A program made the translations under genes and the position numbers. A stretch of 64,000 nucleotides of DNA from Octopus vulgaris (Eukaryota), in assembly GCA_951406725.2 (NCBI GenBank), contig OX597832.1, positions 50,158,001 through 50,222,000 of the forward strand, in the 5' to 3' direction. Of this stretch, positions 1 through 13,374 are shown piece after piece (the first letter of the stretch is position 1; every line of letters starts with the position of its first letter). The notes beneath the pieces were generated by a model. It saw nothing but the letters and a program-made list of their open reading frames with translations. It did not search any database and was not told the origin of the DNA.

Positions 1-8
1 TTAGTGTA

Positions 9-380
9 TCTTTTACTTGTTTCATTCTTTGAACTGTGCCCATGCTGGGGCACTGTCTTGAAGGGTTTAGTCGAAGAAATCAACCCCAGTGCTTTTTTTT
101 TTATGGTTGGTACTTTTATGCTGTCAGCCTCTTTTGCCAAACAGCTACGTTATGGGGATGTAAACAAACCAACACCGGTTGTCAAGTAATAGGTAGGAGG
201 ACAAACACACACACATTCAGCAGACTTCTATATAGCCTCTTCCTACCGAATTCACTCACATGGCTTTGATCAACCCAGGGCTATAGCAGAAGTCACTTGC
301 CCAAGGTGGCAGACAGTGGAACTGAACCTGAAACCATGTGGGTGCAAAGCAAGCTTGTTAACCACTTAACCATGCCTGTG
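9..380 (-). mobile_element. SINE family A, diverged copy
   Basis: Reverse complement aligns with the A copy at 21742-22179 (ACCTTGGGCAAGT, GTGAGTGAATT, GAAACAAGTAAAAG tail). Confidence 0.8.
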
Positions 381-662
381 CACACACACACGCACATACA
401 TTATATTATATATTTTATTTTAAGAAGGAATAATAAAAAAAATAACTTTAAACATGTTTATATGCTATTATGATCCATTATTTTCGGCAGGTAGCATGCA
501 CTGTTACATTTGTAAAATATTGCTAATATTTCACTATTAAATACAAAGTGCAATGCTTTTAGGTTAGAAATTTCTCAATGGTTTCACTTGTCATTTTGCG
601 TTGATGCACAATTCCCTATAATTAACAAAACTACTGCCATTTTTGATGACAAAGGTACACAA

Positions 663-810
663 TCATCATCATCATCATCATCATTTAGCACCTGCTTTCC
701 ATGCTGGCATGGGTTAGACAGTGTGACTGAAACTAGCAGGTTGGAGAGCTGCGCCAGGTTCCAATCTGATATGGGTTGATTTCTACTGCTGGATGCCCTT
801 CCTAATGCCA
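663..810 (-). mobile_element. SINE family B 3' fragment
   Basis: (CAT)n followed by TTTCCATGCTGGCATGGG...CTGGATGCCCTTCCTAATGCCAA, as in other B copies. Confidence 0.75.
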
Positions 811-1386
811 AGAAATCTTATATAATGAAATTAGCTAAATTTATAAGACACCAATGAAAGAGCTGTGTGCTCAACCAGCTAGAAATAGCTGCCAAATTTC
901 CTTTAAGTCATGTTTTACTAGGTTGTTACCTATCGCTATGCTGCTGGTAAAAATCTTTGTTAGCCATGCATGTAACCTTTATAAATTGTTCAAAGTGAAA
1001 CTCTTTTTTTTAAAGTCTGGGTTGTGTTGTCTATATGTTGAAAGACATACAGAAGCCTACATACACTAACAACCTCCCGCCTAAAAAAAAAAAAAACTAT
1101 GTATTTTATATATAAGTCTTTTTTTTTTGAAGTCTGTGTTTTGTTGTGTTGACAGACTTGCACTTAAAATTCCTGCATTTTTAATCAAAACTTGTTAGTT
1201 ACTAAGGTGGAGACACTACCTATGTATCTGTCTTTCACACACTCTCTTTCTCTCTCTCACTGTATTTCTCACTCAATAACAACTTTTCTCCTCCCCTTCT
1301 TCCCTTTCTCTACACGTTTATTGTTACAGACAGTCAGAGATCAGCTTCTCTTTTATAATATAAGATTGTTTTAACAATGTACAGTA

Positions 1387-1610
1387 TCACTTTGTTTCAT
1401 TCATTGGTCTGTGACCATGCTGGGGTACTACCTTGAAAGGTTTTAGTTGAACAGATTGACCTTAGTAGTAATTTTTTAAGTAGCCTGGTACTTACTTTAC
1501 TGTCGCTTTTGCTGAACTGCTAAGTTATGGGGACATTAACAAACCAACACTGGTTGTCAAGTAGCGGTGGACAAAGGCAGGCACACACACACACACACAC
1601 ACGCACACAC

Positions 1611-1648
<38 letters not shown>

Positions 1649-1750
1649 TGGGTTTCTTTCAGTTTCTATCTACTACATCCATTCACAAGGTTTTGGTTGG
1701 CCCAGGGCTATAGCAGAAGATCATATTGTTGGGACACAAGCTTCTTAACC
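1387..1750 (-). mobile_element. SINE family A, degenerate, with internal (CA)n
   Basis: Matches the A consensus on the minus strand with many substitutions. Confidence 0.7.
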
Positions 1751-2475
1751 TCTCATACTTTAAAATAAATAAATAAATAAAATAAAATAAAAATTAAGAC
1801 AGGTTAGTCATGGCTGGAACATCTTTGACTATGTCTGCCCAATCAGAGTTGACTAGGGCTAAACAGCAACAACTAAATTTATCTCTGTTATTTAAATCAA
1901 GTCTACATTTGTCTTGTATTGTTTTCATGGTGACCTTTCTCTGGTTATAATTGTTTGGCTACTGCAAAAGGTCACTGTTAAAATGGAATACAATTCGATA
2001 ATTCTATTTTCATCCTATCTTCGTCTGAATTGGTTTATTATTATTATTATTATTTTATTTTTTTTGTCATTTTTAAATACTTTCTTTTGTATAGGAATAA
2101 CTTTTTTAAAGAATGAAAATGTTGTTGTTTGTCTAAATTGATACTTCAGTGTTTTTTTTTGTATATTGTCACAAGTACTCCTTACCTCATACTGTGAAGA
2201 TCCATCCTGACCCCTCATCACCAATATTTATGTCTCTTTCCAGCTCCACCTAATCAATCCCACCCTCTCTTCTAAAATATAGGTAGTTGTGTAAATCTTC
2301 TATGCCAAGGAACCTGTTCTGCTCTGGCCTCCTTCTCTCATATTTTACCTCTTTCTGCTCCTCTTCTCTTAACATAAAGTTGCACCACTCAAGACTTAGA
2401 GTTTTTGATCTTGTAAGTGGCATGGCAACCTCAATAACGTTGATGGCATGGAAAAAAAAAAAAGCACCCAGTACG

Positions 2476-2867
2476 TGCGGGAGTGGCTGTGTGGTAAGTA
2501 GCTTCTTTAGCAACCACATGGTTTCGGGTTCAGTCCCACTGTGTGGCACCTTGGGCAAGTGTCTTCTACTATAGCCTCGGGCCGACCAAAGCCTTGTGAG
2601 TGGATTTGGTAGACGGAAACTGAAAGAAGCCCGTCGTATATATGTATATATATGCGTGTCTGTGTTTGTCCCCCTAGCATTGCTTGACAACCAATGCTGG
2701 TGTGTTTATGTCCCCCGTTACTTAGCGGTTCGGCAAAAGTGACCGATAGAATAAGTACTGGGCTTACAAAAGAATAAGTCCCGGGGTTGAGTTGCTCGAT
2801 TAAAGGTGGTGCTCCAGCATGGCCGCAGTCAAATGACTGAAACAAGGAAAAGAGAGTAAAGAGAGAG
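2476..2867 (+). mobile_element. SINE family A, near full length (tRNA-derived head, CORE-like motif)
   Basis: A-box-like TGGCTGTGTGG, B-box-like GGTTCAGTCCC, ACCTTGGGCAAGT (as in the MIR CORE), internal TA/TG tract, AAAGAG-type tail; near-identical to several other copies here. Confidence 0.9.
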
Positions 2868-2869
2868 CT

Positions 2870-3040
2870 GTAAAGTGGTGAGCATCAGGAAGGGTGTCTA
2901 TTCATAGAAACCATTCCAAGACATGGTTTCTGTTGCTGGATCTGACTCTGGAGTATAAATTGTTGCTTGGGCCAATTGGATCCTCTCAAACTGTCCAACT
3001 TACGCCAGCATGGAACAGGGGTATTAAATGATGATGATGA
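2870..3040 (+). mobile_element. SINE family B, diverged
   Basis: CAGGAAGGGTGTC...GCCAGCATGGAA...TTAAATGATGATGAT tail. Confidence 0.7.
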
Positions 3041-3097
3041 GGTACATTGTTGGTTGCCCTTATCATAAGCGCTCACCCGAAAAGTAGAAGTGGAATA

Positions 3098-3320
3098 CAT
3101 CATCATCATTATCATCATTTAACACCTCTTTTCCATGCTGGCATGGGTTGGGCAGTTTGACTGGAGCTGGTAAGGCCAGGGGCCACAAGGCTCAGTTGTC
3201 TGTTCTGGAATGGTGTTTATGGTTGAAAGCCCCTCCTAATGCCAACCACCCCACAGAGTGTACTTGGTGCTTTTTATGTGGCACCAGCACCAGTGCTTTT
3301 AACGTGGCACTGGCACTATT
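3098..3320 (-). mobile_element. SINE family B, diverged (tail-to-tail with the previous copy)
   Basis: (CAT)n TTTAACA...CCATGCTGGCATGGG...CCTAATGCCAACCAC. Confidence 0.75.
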
Positions 3321-3624
3321 TGCTAAACAGACTGAGATAAGTGGTGTGCCATCGCTCCTAATGAACGAGAACACTACATTGTTTTACTGTAGCTAAGTTT
3401 TAGAATCTTTACCAAAAGGCCAGTAGTCCGTCATTTAATTTCTCAATCACTGTGGTCATGCAGTTTATTATTTTTACGAGTCACCCCCCCCCCCCCATCC
3501 CCGCCCAATGGATGGTGCTGAGTTGTCAAACATTTAAGCCAAATTTTCTCAAAACAACTTGTCCGACTGTCTCATAGGCCTCCCCTTTGAGAAACACTGA
3601 TTTAACCTAAATTTGAGACACCAG

Positions 3625-3866
3625 CAAAAGAAGAAATAAAGATATTGATCGCAACAGCTGATGTACTTGCGCGTACAAATGACGTTCCCACGGCTTTATC
3701 GATCGTATTCGCACCTGGAATCGATTTTTGCAATATTTTCAAGATTTACACACACCCTGATACCGTCGGTAACTACATATCAAATTTGAGTGAAATTGGA
3801 TGGAGGATGCCCGAGATCCTAGAAGACACACACACAGACATATAGAACAGATTTTATATAATAGAT
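3625..3866 (+). mobile_element. Non-autonomous helitron-like (DINE-1/Lep1-type) element 3' part
   Basis: CpG-rich body ending CAAATTTGAGTGAAATTGG...(CA)n/ACAGAC...TTTATATAATAGAT, the recalled 3' architecture of such elements. Confidence 0.5.
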
Positions 3867-4261
3867 TTTCCCTTCTTCTCTGCTCCAACTTCCATTTTCT
3901 GCCAACCTTGTACCAAAATTAGAATATTTTTCTTCATTTCTTCTTCCACTTCATTTTATTCCTTATCTTCTACTGATTGTCTTGTTCTTTCATCTGCTCT
4001 CTCTCTCTCTCTCATGACCTTCTCGCTCACAAACAAGACTTCTGAGAGGACCCTGTGTACTATATATGGTCCAGTTCTTCCTCAGATCACTCTGTTATTT
4101 AAAAAACGACTATGAAATATGCATTAGACACACTATACTTGCTGTGCCTCCAACAATGGTCAAGATAAAACAAATGAACATTGACATTTATTTGTAAACA
4201 TATTGATCCATATCAACCTAATGCATCAACTAAACAATATAATTTTTGTTTAAATATCAAT

Positions 4262-4487
4262 ATGTGTGTGTTTGTATGTGTGTTTGTGTATTCATATGTG
4301 TATGTACATATGTATTTATATATATGTGTGTGTATGTATATACATATGTGTATATATAAATATGTATGTGTGTATATACATGTGTATATATAAATATGTA
4401 TGTGTGTATATACATATGTGTGTATATATCTATGTATGTATGTGTGCATATACATATGTGTGTGTGTATGTATTTATATATATATAT

Positions 4488-4560
<73 letters not shown>

Positions 4561-4640
4561 CATGCATATATGTATGTGTGTATATACGTATGCATCTATA
4601 TATTTATGTATGTATGTGTGTTTATATATTGTGTATACAT
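4262..4640. repeat. Compound (TA)/(TG)/(GA) microsatellite
   Basis: Direct inspection. Confidence 0.95.
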
Positions 4641-4925
4641 GCTTAATGTTTGTGTGTGAATGTGTGTTAGTGTCTGTGTATTTATGTACACACATGCGCA
4701 AGAACAATTACTACATGAGCTACATGAGGGAGGGGTGTGCGGAGTTTCTTGTTTATAATTTTGTCGTTTTGCTGAAATTCTATACACTTTGTAATGATGA
4801 CGCACCATGTGCGTTGTACATGTGCACACAGACAAGCATGCCCGCAAACACACACTGGGATGCACACATAGTCATATGTGCGTACCCAGATCCTACTTAA
4901 TTACTGTAGTTATAGTTAAGCATTT

Positions 4926-5320
4926 TTGGTGGTGGTCATGGTGGTGGTGGTGGTGATGATTATAGCCGTACTGTTAATTAGAATGACGTTAATGTTGAAG
5001 ACAATGGTGTATTTTGTGATGATGATGATGATGATGATGATGATGGTGCTGATGACGATGTCAGTAGAAATAATACAAGGGACAATGTTATTGTTGTTAT
5101 TAAACGTGGCAGGATTGGGGTGGTGGTGGTGGGCACTGATACCAGTAGTGCTGAGGGTGATGATGATGTTGATTATGATGATGATAGTGTTGGAGATGAT
5201 AATAAGTCTGGTTGGTAATAATGATGTCTGATGACGTCATTGATAATATTAATTGTGGTGATGGTGATGAGGATGATGATGAAGATGAGGATGCTTACTG
5301 TAATGATGAGCGCGATGAAG
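4926..5320. repeat. Degenerate (GAT)/(GGT)n region
   Basis: Direct inspection. Confidence 0.85.
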
Positions 5321-5496
5321 AATTCTTCAGCTGCACACATGGAGTTTCCAGTTCTTCCAGACTTGATAATTTTTGAAAACCCCACTTTTTTTTTTCCCCA
5401 TAATACTCTTGTATGACTCATTCATAGCTTTTCTGGTAATTTTCTTATGCACCTCTCAACTAATGTTAGGGCATATACAAAATCAAAATCAAAATT

Positions 5497-5545
<49 letters not shown>

Positions 5546-6029
5546 GCTGTTGTTGTTATCATTAATATTTTCCCAAAGGTGGATTGTCTCATTAGAAATA
5601 TTCTTCGTTTGGTTCAAGAGACGAAAAAAAAATGAGCAAAAAAACAAAAAACAAAAACAAAAGGCCAAAAACTGAAGTACAACAAATTGCTAATTGATAG
5701 TTTGTGTGTGTGTGTGTGTGTGTGCATGTGTGCTAATATATATATGTGTGTGTGTATGTGTATATCTATATCTATATATATATTATATGAGAGAGATTGA
5801 TACAAATGCATGTGTGTTTTTGTGTTTAATTATAAGTATGAATGTATATATTCTCAATATATATGCACACACACATACACAGGCACACACACACACACAC
5901 ACATATATATAATGTATATGTGTGTGTACAGGCTTGACATTATGCATACATCAAGGTCATACGGAAGAGAAACTGCAATGGGAGCTGGGAATTAATTTTG
6001 TTTTTTTACATACTGACCTTTTTTACCTA

Positions 6030-6321
6030 TCATCATTGCCCCCACCATCATCTCCTCCTCTCACATTGTCATCATCATCATCATATTCATCATCATCATC
6101 ATCATCATATTCATCATCATTATATTCATCATCATCATATTCATCATCATCATCATCATATTCATCATCATCATCATTATATTCATAATCATCATCAACC
6201 CAATCATGTCATTTGTACTTTTATTCTTCCTTGATCAACTCATCCTATAATGAAAAGAACGCCACCCACTCACACACTCTATCTCTCTCTTTCTCTCTCT
6301 CTCTCTCTATCTCTCCCTCTC

Positions 6322-6374
<53 letters not shown>

Positions 6375-6375
6375 T
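6030..6375. repeat. (CAT)n with TATT interruptions, then (CT)n(CA)n
   Basis: Direct inspection. Confidence 0.9.
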
Positions 6376-6777
6376 ATAGTGCATAGCCTAAGACATCTGA
6401 ATTGATGATATCAATAAACTGTCAAGTGAATATGATTATTGAAATAAGAATAACTGGATAAGAGAGCAGAGGTGTTACCGATAGTCTTATCTCAGTAAAT
6501 AGAGATGAGACAGTCATGCAAGGATATAATAAACAAATTTGCTGTTGCTGTCATTGTAGACTGTAGTGGTGGTGGTGGTGATGATGATTGAAATGAGACA
6601 AGTAAGACTGTTGCTATTGTTGTTTACCTGTAGGTCAATTCTGATCAAATGGATCTAAAACCAAAAAGTCATTCTAAGTATGACATTCCTATTTTTTTGG
6701 TTTGTATTTCATTCATAGTTTATTGCAGAGTACATTATGTTGTTGTTGTTATTAAGGTAGCAAGCTGGTAGAATCGT

Positions 6778-6986
6778 GGAGGTGCGTGGCTTAGTGGTTA
6801 GGGTGTCAGCATCATGGTCGTAAGATTGTGGTTTCAATTCCTGGACCGGGCGACACCGTTGTGTTCTTGAGCAAAACACTTCATTTCGCGTTGCTCTAGT
6901 CCACTCAGCTGGCAAAAATGAGTAACGCTGCGATGGACCGGCGTCCTGTCCAGCTGGGGAACATTTATGCCATGGAAACCGGGAAA
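6778..6986 (+). mobile_element. SINE family D (tRNA head, Meta/CORE-like and V-like domains)
   Basis: TGGCTTAGTGG A box; GTGTTCTTGAGCAAAACAC...GTCCACTCAGCTG; GCGATGGACCGGCGTCCTGTCCAG; closely matches 63223-63705. Confidence 0.85.
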
Positions 6987-7026
6987 AAGGCAGCGAGCTG
7001 GCAGAAACGTTAGCACGCCGGGCGAA

Positions 7027-7335
7027 ATGTTTCCAAAGGTGAGTTTTCCAAACCCCAAAGAATTCCTCTCAACACATGGCTATGATGCTCCCCCACTACT
7101 TCTGCTCGTGATCAAGGATGCACATATCGTCAGCCACTAAGGGACGTGCTCAACTGATTAAGGTCAAACAACTGACAAGCAAATCTGTGGTATTGAGCAG
7201 AATATTTGCTGTAGCCCATCTTTTATACCAAGACAAAACAATGTACATGATAACACTTCCAGTCAGTTAAGATCTAAAGCCATGAGAGCCACTGCCTGGT
7301 ACTGCATCAGGGCATTATTATTATTATTATTATTA
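7027..7335 (-). mobile_element. Element G, partial copy ending in (ATT)n
   Basis: Reverse complement of 22938-23227. Confidence 0.85.
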
Positions 7336-7584
7336 GCTCTTATTGTGTCAACAATGGCTTAGTCTTTTGATATATATGTTTATATGTTCAACTTGTCAAC
7401 GGGTTAAGTCTACCACCCAAGAACAGAGAGTCAGAATAAATATCACATGGGATTTTGTCCGATATTCAAACAATTCATCTAATCAATCAATCTGGACTGA
7501 TACTTTATTTTGTCTTTGGTGAACTTTTTAGAGTCTTGGTTAATCTTGCCATTGTGTCTGTAAACACGTGTTTGTATGTTTGTG

Positions 7585-7621
<37 letters not shown>

Positions 7622-7947
7622 ATGGCTATTTAGATTGCTTTTTGGTAAAGTTATTCTTCTCAGATTTGCAATGATCACATCTATTCACTCTGGTTTGAAA
7701 ATTGAGAGAGAGAGAGAGAGAGAAAGAAAGACAGAGTGAGAGAATGCGAGAGAAAGAGGTGGGGGAAGAATATCGCCTGAAGTCTATCATTGGATCTCTG
7801 TATAACACTTAAATGAAACATTTAGTTCTGGAAGTTGGTAGACGGATAGACCGTAAGTAGATGAGTGTCATTGGCTCTCGATATAAAACTTAAGTTCCCC
7901 ACTAACACAGACACACACATATGTGTGTATGTATATATATATATAAG

Positions 7948-8110
7948 CACAGGAGTGGATGTGTGGTAAGTAGCTTGTTTACCAGCCACATAGTTCTGGG
8001 TTCAGCCCCACTGCGTGGCACCTTGGGCAAGTGTCTTCTACTATAGCCTCTGGCCGACCAAAGCCTTGTGAGTAGATTTGGTAGACGGAAACTGAAAGAA
8101 GCCTGTCGTA
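7948..8110 (+). mobile_element. SINE family A, 5' half
   Basis: Head and body present; truncated at the internal (TA)n. Confidence 0.85.
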
Positions 8111-8747
8111 CATATACATATATATATATATATATATATTAGTGCAGGACTGCTAAAAAGAGAGTAAGAAAGAGACAGTGTTTGGGGAAGAGTGAGAGAG
8201 AGTCGTTATAAAAGAGGATTTCAAGATAAACCAGAGTAGATATTTGCTGTAACCCCTCTGCTCTCAATTTTCAATTCTCTCTAAAAGTTTGAAGTATTAA
8301 CTTTGTCTTTAGGTTTGTTTTGAGTTTTTTTGTTTTTTTTTAATGCATATAATTTGTTGGTTTTTTTTTTAAACTTTAATTTTCTCTTACTATTTCTCCA
8401 TTTCTGGTTTTCTTTTGTCCCAATACTCTTTCATGTTAAACTTCCTTAATCTGCCTCTTCATTTAATTGTTGTTGTTGTCATTGCTGCTGCTGCTATTGT
8501 TGAAATTGCCAACTGTAACAGTGATGGTTGTAGTGGTGTTTGTGGTGATTCATTGTTGCTGTTGTTGTTGTTGTTGAGCATGATGACCATGCAAAGAGGG
8601 AGATAGATAGATAAGTTAGAGAGAGCATGGGTGGGGGAGGCAGATATTGTAGAATAGTTAAGAGATATTGATTTATTTGTCTCAAGCTTCGCCATGCTGA
8701 TGATTTCAAAGAAGGGTGAAATGGCTACTAATAACTAGAAACTTTAA

Positions 8748-8968
8748 CCCTTTAGCATTCAGATAATTTTGTCAAATCTAATGCTTATTTATTCACATTG
8801 TTTTGAATCAACCATGCATTGTCTCACAGCTTCAAGATTTCAATAATGTGATTGCTTATTTTTCAGAATCACATTGTGGGATAGGTATGAAAAGTTGGAT
8901 CTGGCCAATTTGAGCATAAAACAAGTAGAATATTTGGGCCGGATATGGCCAGTTTGAATGCTAAAGGG
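8748..8968. mobile_element. piggyBac-type MITE (subfamily 2), 221 bp
   Basis: TTAA|CCCTTTAGCATTCA ... TGAATGCTAAAGGG|TTAA; partial second copy at ~61913-61982. Confidence 0.85.
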
Positions 8969-9790
8969 TTAATATCTTCCCATTTGTTTGAAAAATAGTA
9001 TATGTACACCTAACAGAGGCAAGATTCTCCATATTTGGGTTGTTTAATGTTAGGTCAGCAAAGTGTTGTTTAATCCTAGGTCAGCTTTATTGTAAATCTC
9101 TCTAAAACTATCAAGATATCACCCTGTTGCTGTGGATTCATGTCTCTGCCCATTCAAGCCTCAGTTTAAATACTAATGACTCACAGATAATTGATTCCCA
9201 TTAATTTTTCTTTTACTCATCTCTCCCCCTTTTGTTTCACTTGTCCTCTTCCCCACTTGAGATTCCTCTCTTTCTCTCTTCTCAATCCTTCAACTGCATA
9301 TCTTTATTATCCATTCATTTACTTTTTATTCATTGATGTAAATTCCAAACTTTCAAATCTGCTCCAGCTTAACTTAATCTAGAAAGGATTGTCTCCCTTA
9401 TGATAATTGACCACCTGGGGCACACCACATGTAAGAGATATAAAACTTGTGAGAGAAAGGAAGAATGATTGCTAGTGAGAGAAGAGGGAGCAGGCAAAAA
9501 AACCAAAAAAAACCCACAAAAATGATAAAAATGATGATAATAGTAGTGATGGGTTTTGTATTCAGTGATGTCACTTTTACTGCTTTATCTAATTGCCTAC
9601 TGGATCCCCATAAGTAGTTGAGATTTATGGACTATTAAGACCCTCACACTTTGTCAGGAGCAGATAGGTGAGGGTGTTTCTGGGGCAGCTGTACCAGACT
9701 TAAGATTTGATTCAGCCTGTTGAACCATTAATGTCTACACATTTTTTTTCTCTCTCCATTTTCTTTTTTCATTCTCACTCCCTCTTAATC

Positions 9791-9826
9791 CTTTCTGTTG
9801 AAGAACATAGGCTCGAAGCGTCAAAG
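9791..9826 (+). ncRNA. Minimal type-I hammerhead-like motif, variant core
   Basis: CTTT-CTGTTGA-A-GAAC atag GCTC-GAAG-CG-TC-AAAG; stem I perfect, two core deviations. Confidence 0.5.
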
Positions 9827-10175
9827 ACTTTTCCATTCTTCCCTAGTGTCAAACTAATACATCTGCTTGTTGTTCCCTCACCTGTCTTCATCTTTTGCTT
9901 TCTGTAAATTTGAACTAAATATATATATGTTTTCTTGTTTTACTTCTTTTTTTTCAAGTTAAATCAAAACAAATTCATGAAATAATTGTCATCTCTTACT
10001 TGTAAGTTTTTGTACTTAGAAGACTTACAGAAAGTAAATAAAAGCTTATGTTTACAATAAGGTTTTGATTCCTGATCAGCAAATTTTCACTAAAAATCAC
10101 TCACCGTAGCTTCCTGATGAAGATTATTGATAACTGTCACACACGCACGTGCGTGCACACACACACGCATGTGTG

Positions 10176-10212
<37 letters not shown>

Positions 10213-10319
10213 TCTTCCTCAAATTATTTAGAATACGGCACAAGAAAGAAATGTTTTTCTTCTTGTCTTTACTGAAAGGCTAAAGAGGTGGCCATAAGGG
10301 GCCTGTTTTGGGCCCTAAG

Positions 10320-10530
10320 TCTCATAAGGCCAGAGCTTAACCCGATTTCTATTACATATAAGCAACTGCGATTACAACAGTATCCTCTGGAAAGGATGCT
10401 AATCCATCACACGGTTAACTTTCCAGTTATATTGTTGGGACTCATTTACAGCTGAGTGGACTGGAGCAATGTGAAATTAAGTGTTTTGCTCAAGAAAACA
10501 TCACATGACCCAGTCCAGGAATCGAAAACA
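10320..10530 (-). mobile_element. SINE family D-like, diverged
   Basis: CAGCTGAGTGGACTGGAGCAA...GTGTTTTGCTCAAGAA. Confidence 0.7.
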
Positions 10531-10729
10531 TATATTCTGTAGGAAAACATGTATCAAAGATTCTACATACTTCTAATATAGGTCATCTCTGAGTTTGGGC
10601 TGGGCTGGGCTGTGTACAACTCAGCTTGGAGTGAAACTCAGCTAATTTTTGCACTCTGTAAAATATGCATTAATGTACTTTACATACCTTGTATTGCTGT
10701 CTGTCTGTCTGTCTGTATGAGTATACATG

Positions 10730-10741
10730 TGTATAAGAATA

Positions 10742-10784
<43 letters not shown>

Positions 10785-10904
10785 GTGCTTGTATAAGTAT
10801 ATATGTGTATAAGAATGTGTGTGATGTAATTATGTTTTTATAAGTATATAAGTATATAAAAAATATATGTGTATATATATACATGTGTGTAAGAATATGT
10901 GTGA

Positions 10905-10964
<60 letters not shown>

Positions 10965-11090
10965 ATGCTTGTATAAGTATTTATGTGTATAAGAATGTGT
11001 GTGATATAATATGTTTCTATAAGTATATAAGTGTATAGAGAATATATATGTGTATGTATATACATGTGTGTAAGAATATGTATATATCAT
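10730..11090. repeat. TA/TG-rich tandem duplication, ~180-bp period
   Basis: TGCTTGTATAAGTAT...AAGAATGTGTGTGAT at 10786 and 10966. Confidence 0.85.
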
Positions 11091-11660
11091 GTGGGAATCT
11101 AGATCTTTCTTAAATCTATGCCATGCATAGATAACTCTCTCACACATATTTATATACATTTGCCATAAGCTATATATATTGATTAATAAAAGAAAAAAAA
11201 AGAAAAAACCCAATAAATCTAATAGAGCAAGGGAAAATAACTCAATAACAGAAATAAGCCAATGGCATAGATTGAAATAAGTCAAGTATGTATAGATGCA
11301 CTGAATGACTGAATTCCATATACATGCAAAAAAAAGTGTTTAATGAATTAAAATTTTCGTCATAGAGAAACAAAATTAAAAAAAAAAAAAAAAGAAGCAA
11401 AAACTAGCAGCATTTGTGAGTAACTCACAAAGAAAAGGAAGGCAAAGTTAGTGAATTAAGAATGAATTTAAAAAAAAAAAAAAATTCTTAATTCTCATAT
11501 CTGAGGGAAAAATCTGATGTTTATTAAGTAGATATGGTGACAACGAGAGACAGTTTTTTGATGGTTTTGCTGTGCTTTATCAGCTTGGTGGAAAGCTGCG
11601 TGATCAATCACACTCGAGAAATAAACATAACTTTTCTTCTTTTTTTTAAAAAATTTTATA

Positions 11661-11842
11661 GGCGTAGGAGTGGCTGTGTGGTAAGTAGCTTGCTTACCAA
11701 CCACATGGTTCCGGGTTCAATCCCACTGCGTGGCACCTTGGGCAAGTGTCTTCTACTATAGCTTCGGGCCGACCAAAGCCTTGTGAGTGGATTTGGCAGA
11801 TGGAAACTGAAAGAAGCCCATCGTATATATATCGTATATATG

Positions 11843-11881
<39 letters not shown>

Positions 11882-12088
11882 TTGTGTGTCTGTGTTTGTC
11901 CCCCCAACATTGCATGACAACCGATGCTGGTGTGTTTATGTCCCTGTAACTTAGCGGTTCGGTACAAGAGACTGATAGAATAAGTACTAGGCTTACAAAG
12001 AATAAGTCCTGGGGTTGATCTGCTCGACTAAAGGCGATGCTCCAGCATGGCCACAGTCAAATGACTGAAACAAGTAAAAGAGTAAACA
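11661..12088 (+). mobile_element. SINE family A, full length
   Basis: All A modules present. Confidence 0.9.
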
Positions 12089-12097
12089 GTATAGAGT

Positions 12098-12252
12098 TGC
12101 ATGTGTGGCTGTGTGGTAAGAAGCTTGTTGCACATGGTTCTGGGTTCAGTCCCATTGTGTAGCACCTTGGGGCAAGTGTCTTCTATTATAGCCTCAGACC
12201 AGCCAAAGCATTGTGAGTGGATTTGGTAGAAAAAAATCTGAAAAAAGCCTGT

Positions 12253-12296
<44 letters not shown>

Positions 12297-12500
12297 TGTT
12301 TGTCTGTCTGTGAGTCTGTGTTTGTTTCACACTATTGCTTGATAACTGGTGTTGCTGTGTCTACGTTCCTGTAACTTAGCAGTTCAGCAGAAAGAAAATG
12401 ATAGAATAAGTACCTGGCTTAACAAAATGTCAATACGGGTGTCTTCAAGGTGCTGCTCTAGCATGGCCACAGTCTAATGATTGAAACAAGTAAAAGAGAA
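12098..12500 (+). mobile_element. SINE family A, older copy in tandem
   Basis: Diverged match to A. Confidence 0.8.
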
Positions 12501-12825
12501 AATATAGAAAAGGGTTATGAATAATTTGCATTAATTTGCATAAATAAAAAAATGACTGAATTAAGGGAAATAATTGATGAGGATAATAGAATGGATTGAG
12601 ATAAATCATTATGTATGGATGTATTGAATGACTCATTTATTAGAAACACATGCAATCACACATATATATTAGAAAGCCTAGCTGTGAGAGAAATAAGAAT
12701 GTAAGCAAATTTCTCCAATATTGTCAATGTGTGAAGAGAAGATATGGGTAACAGAAGTCCTTTAACAACTGTTTTGCAGTTTGTTGGCTGCTCTTTGAAA
12801 GTATATCTGGTTCCTTTCCCTGTTT

Positions 12826-13060
12826 TGTAGTGAATTTGGTAGACAGAAACTGTGTGGAAGCCTATCGTGTGTGTGTGTGTGTGTCCCACCAACAGTTGAT
12901 AACTGGTGTTGGTTTGTTTGCATCCCCCCAGCTTAGTGACAAAAGAGACCAACAGAACAGACAGCAGATAAATACTGAGGCTGGTTTGTTTGACTAAACC
13001 CCTCGAGGTGGTGCCCCAGCATGGTCACAGTCCAACAAGTGAAACAAGTAAAAGATAAAA
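12826..13060 (+). mobile_element. SINE family A 3' fragment
   Basis: TGAATTTGGTAGACAGAAACTG...GAAACAAGTAAAAGA. Confidence 0.7.
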
Positions 13061-13374
13061 TATATATTTGCCTCTCTGTTTGTGTGTACTGTCCCCTGAC
13101 AAAACTCCCTGACACACCCACCATCCAACGCACTCTCCTTCATGTGCCTAACCGCACATTCTCCAGGTCCTTGCATATCTACCACACCCATGCCCCAGCT
13201 ACTCCAATTCCTCTCACCATCACTTGCTATCTCTAAACATACCCCCTCATGGAACATCCCCTTCTATCTCCTCTGTACTACTTTTACTCTCCACAAGAGA
13301 TGCAAGCTAGTCTTTTACCCTACTAGGCTCGTTCGTATTAGCCCAAGTTGCTGGATAAGTTTTCGTTCCTTTAA

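Noticed and set aside
2250-2460. Minus-strand peptide LEWCNFMLREEE...RRRP, faintly like a LINE post-RT region
   Set aside because: Similarity too weak to call without a search.
2507-2845. Recurrent ORFs such as VSVYQIHSQGFGRPEAIVEDTCPRCH
   Set aside because: Translations of SINE A copies, not a gene family.
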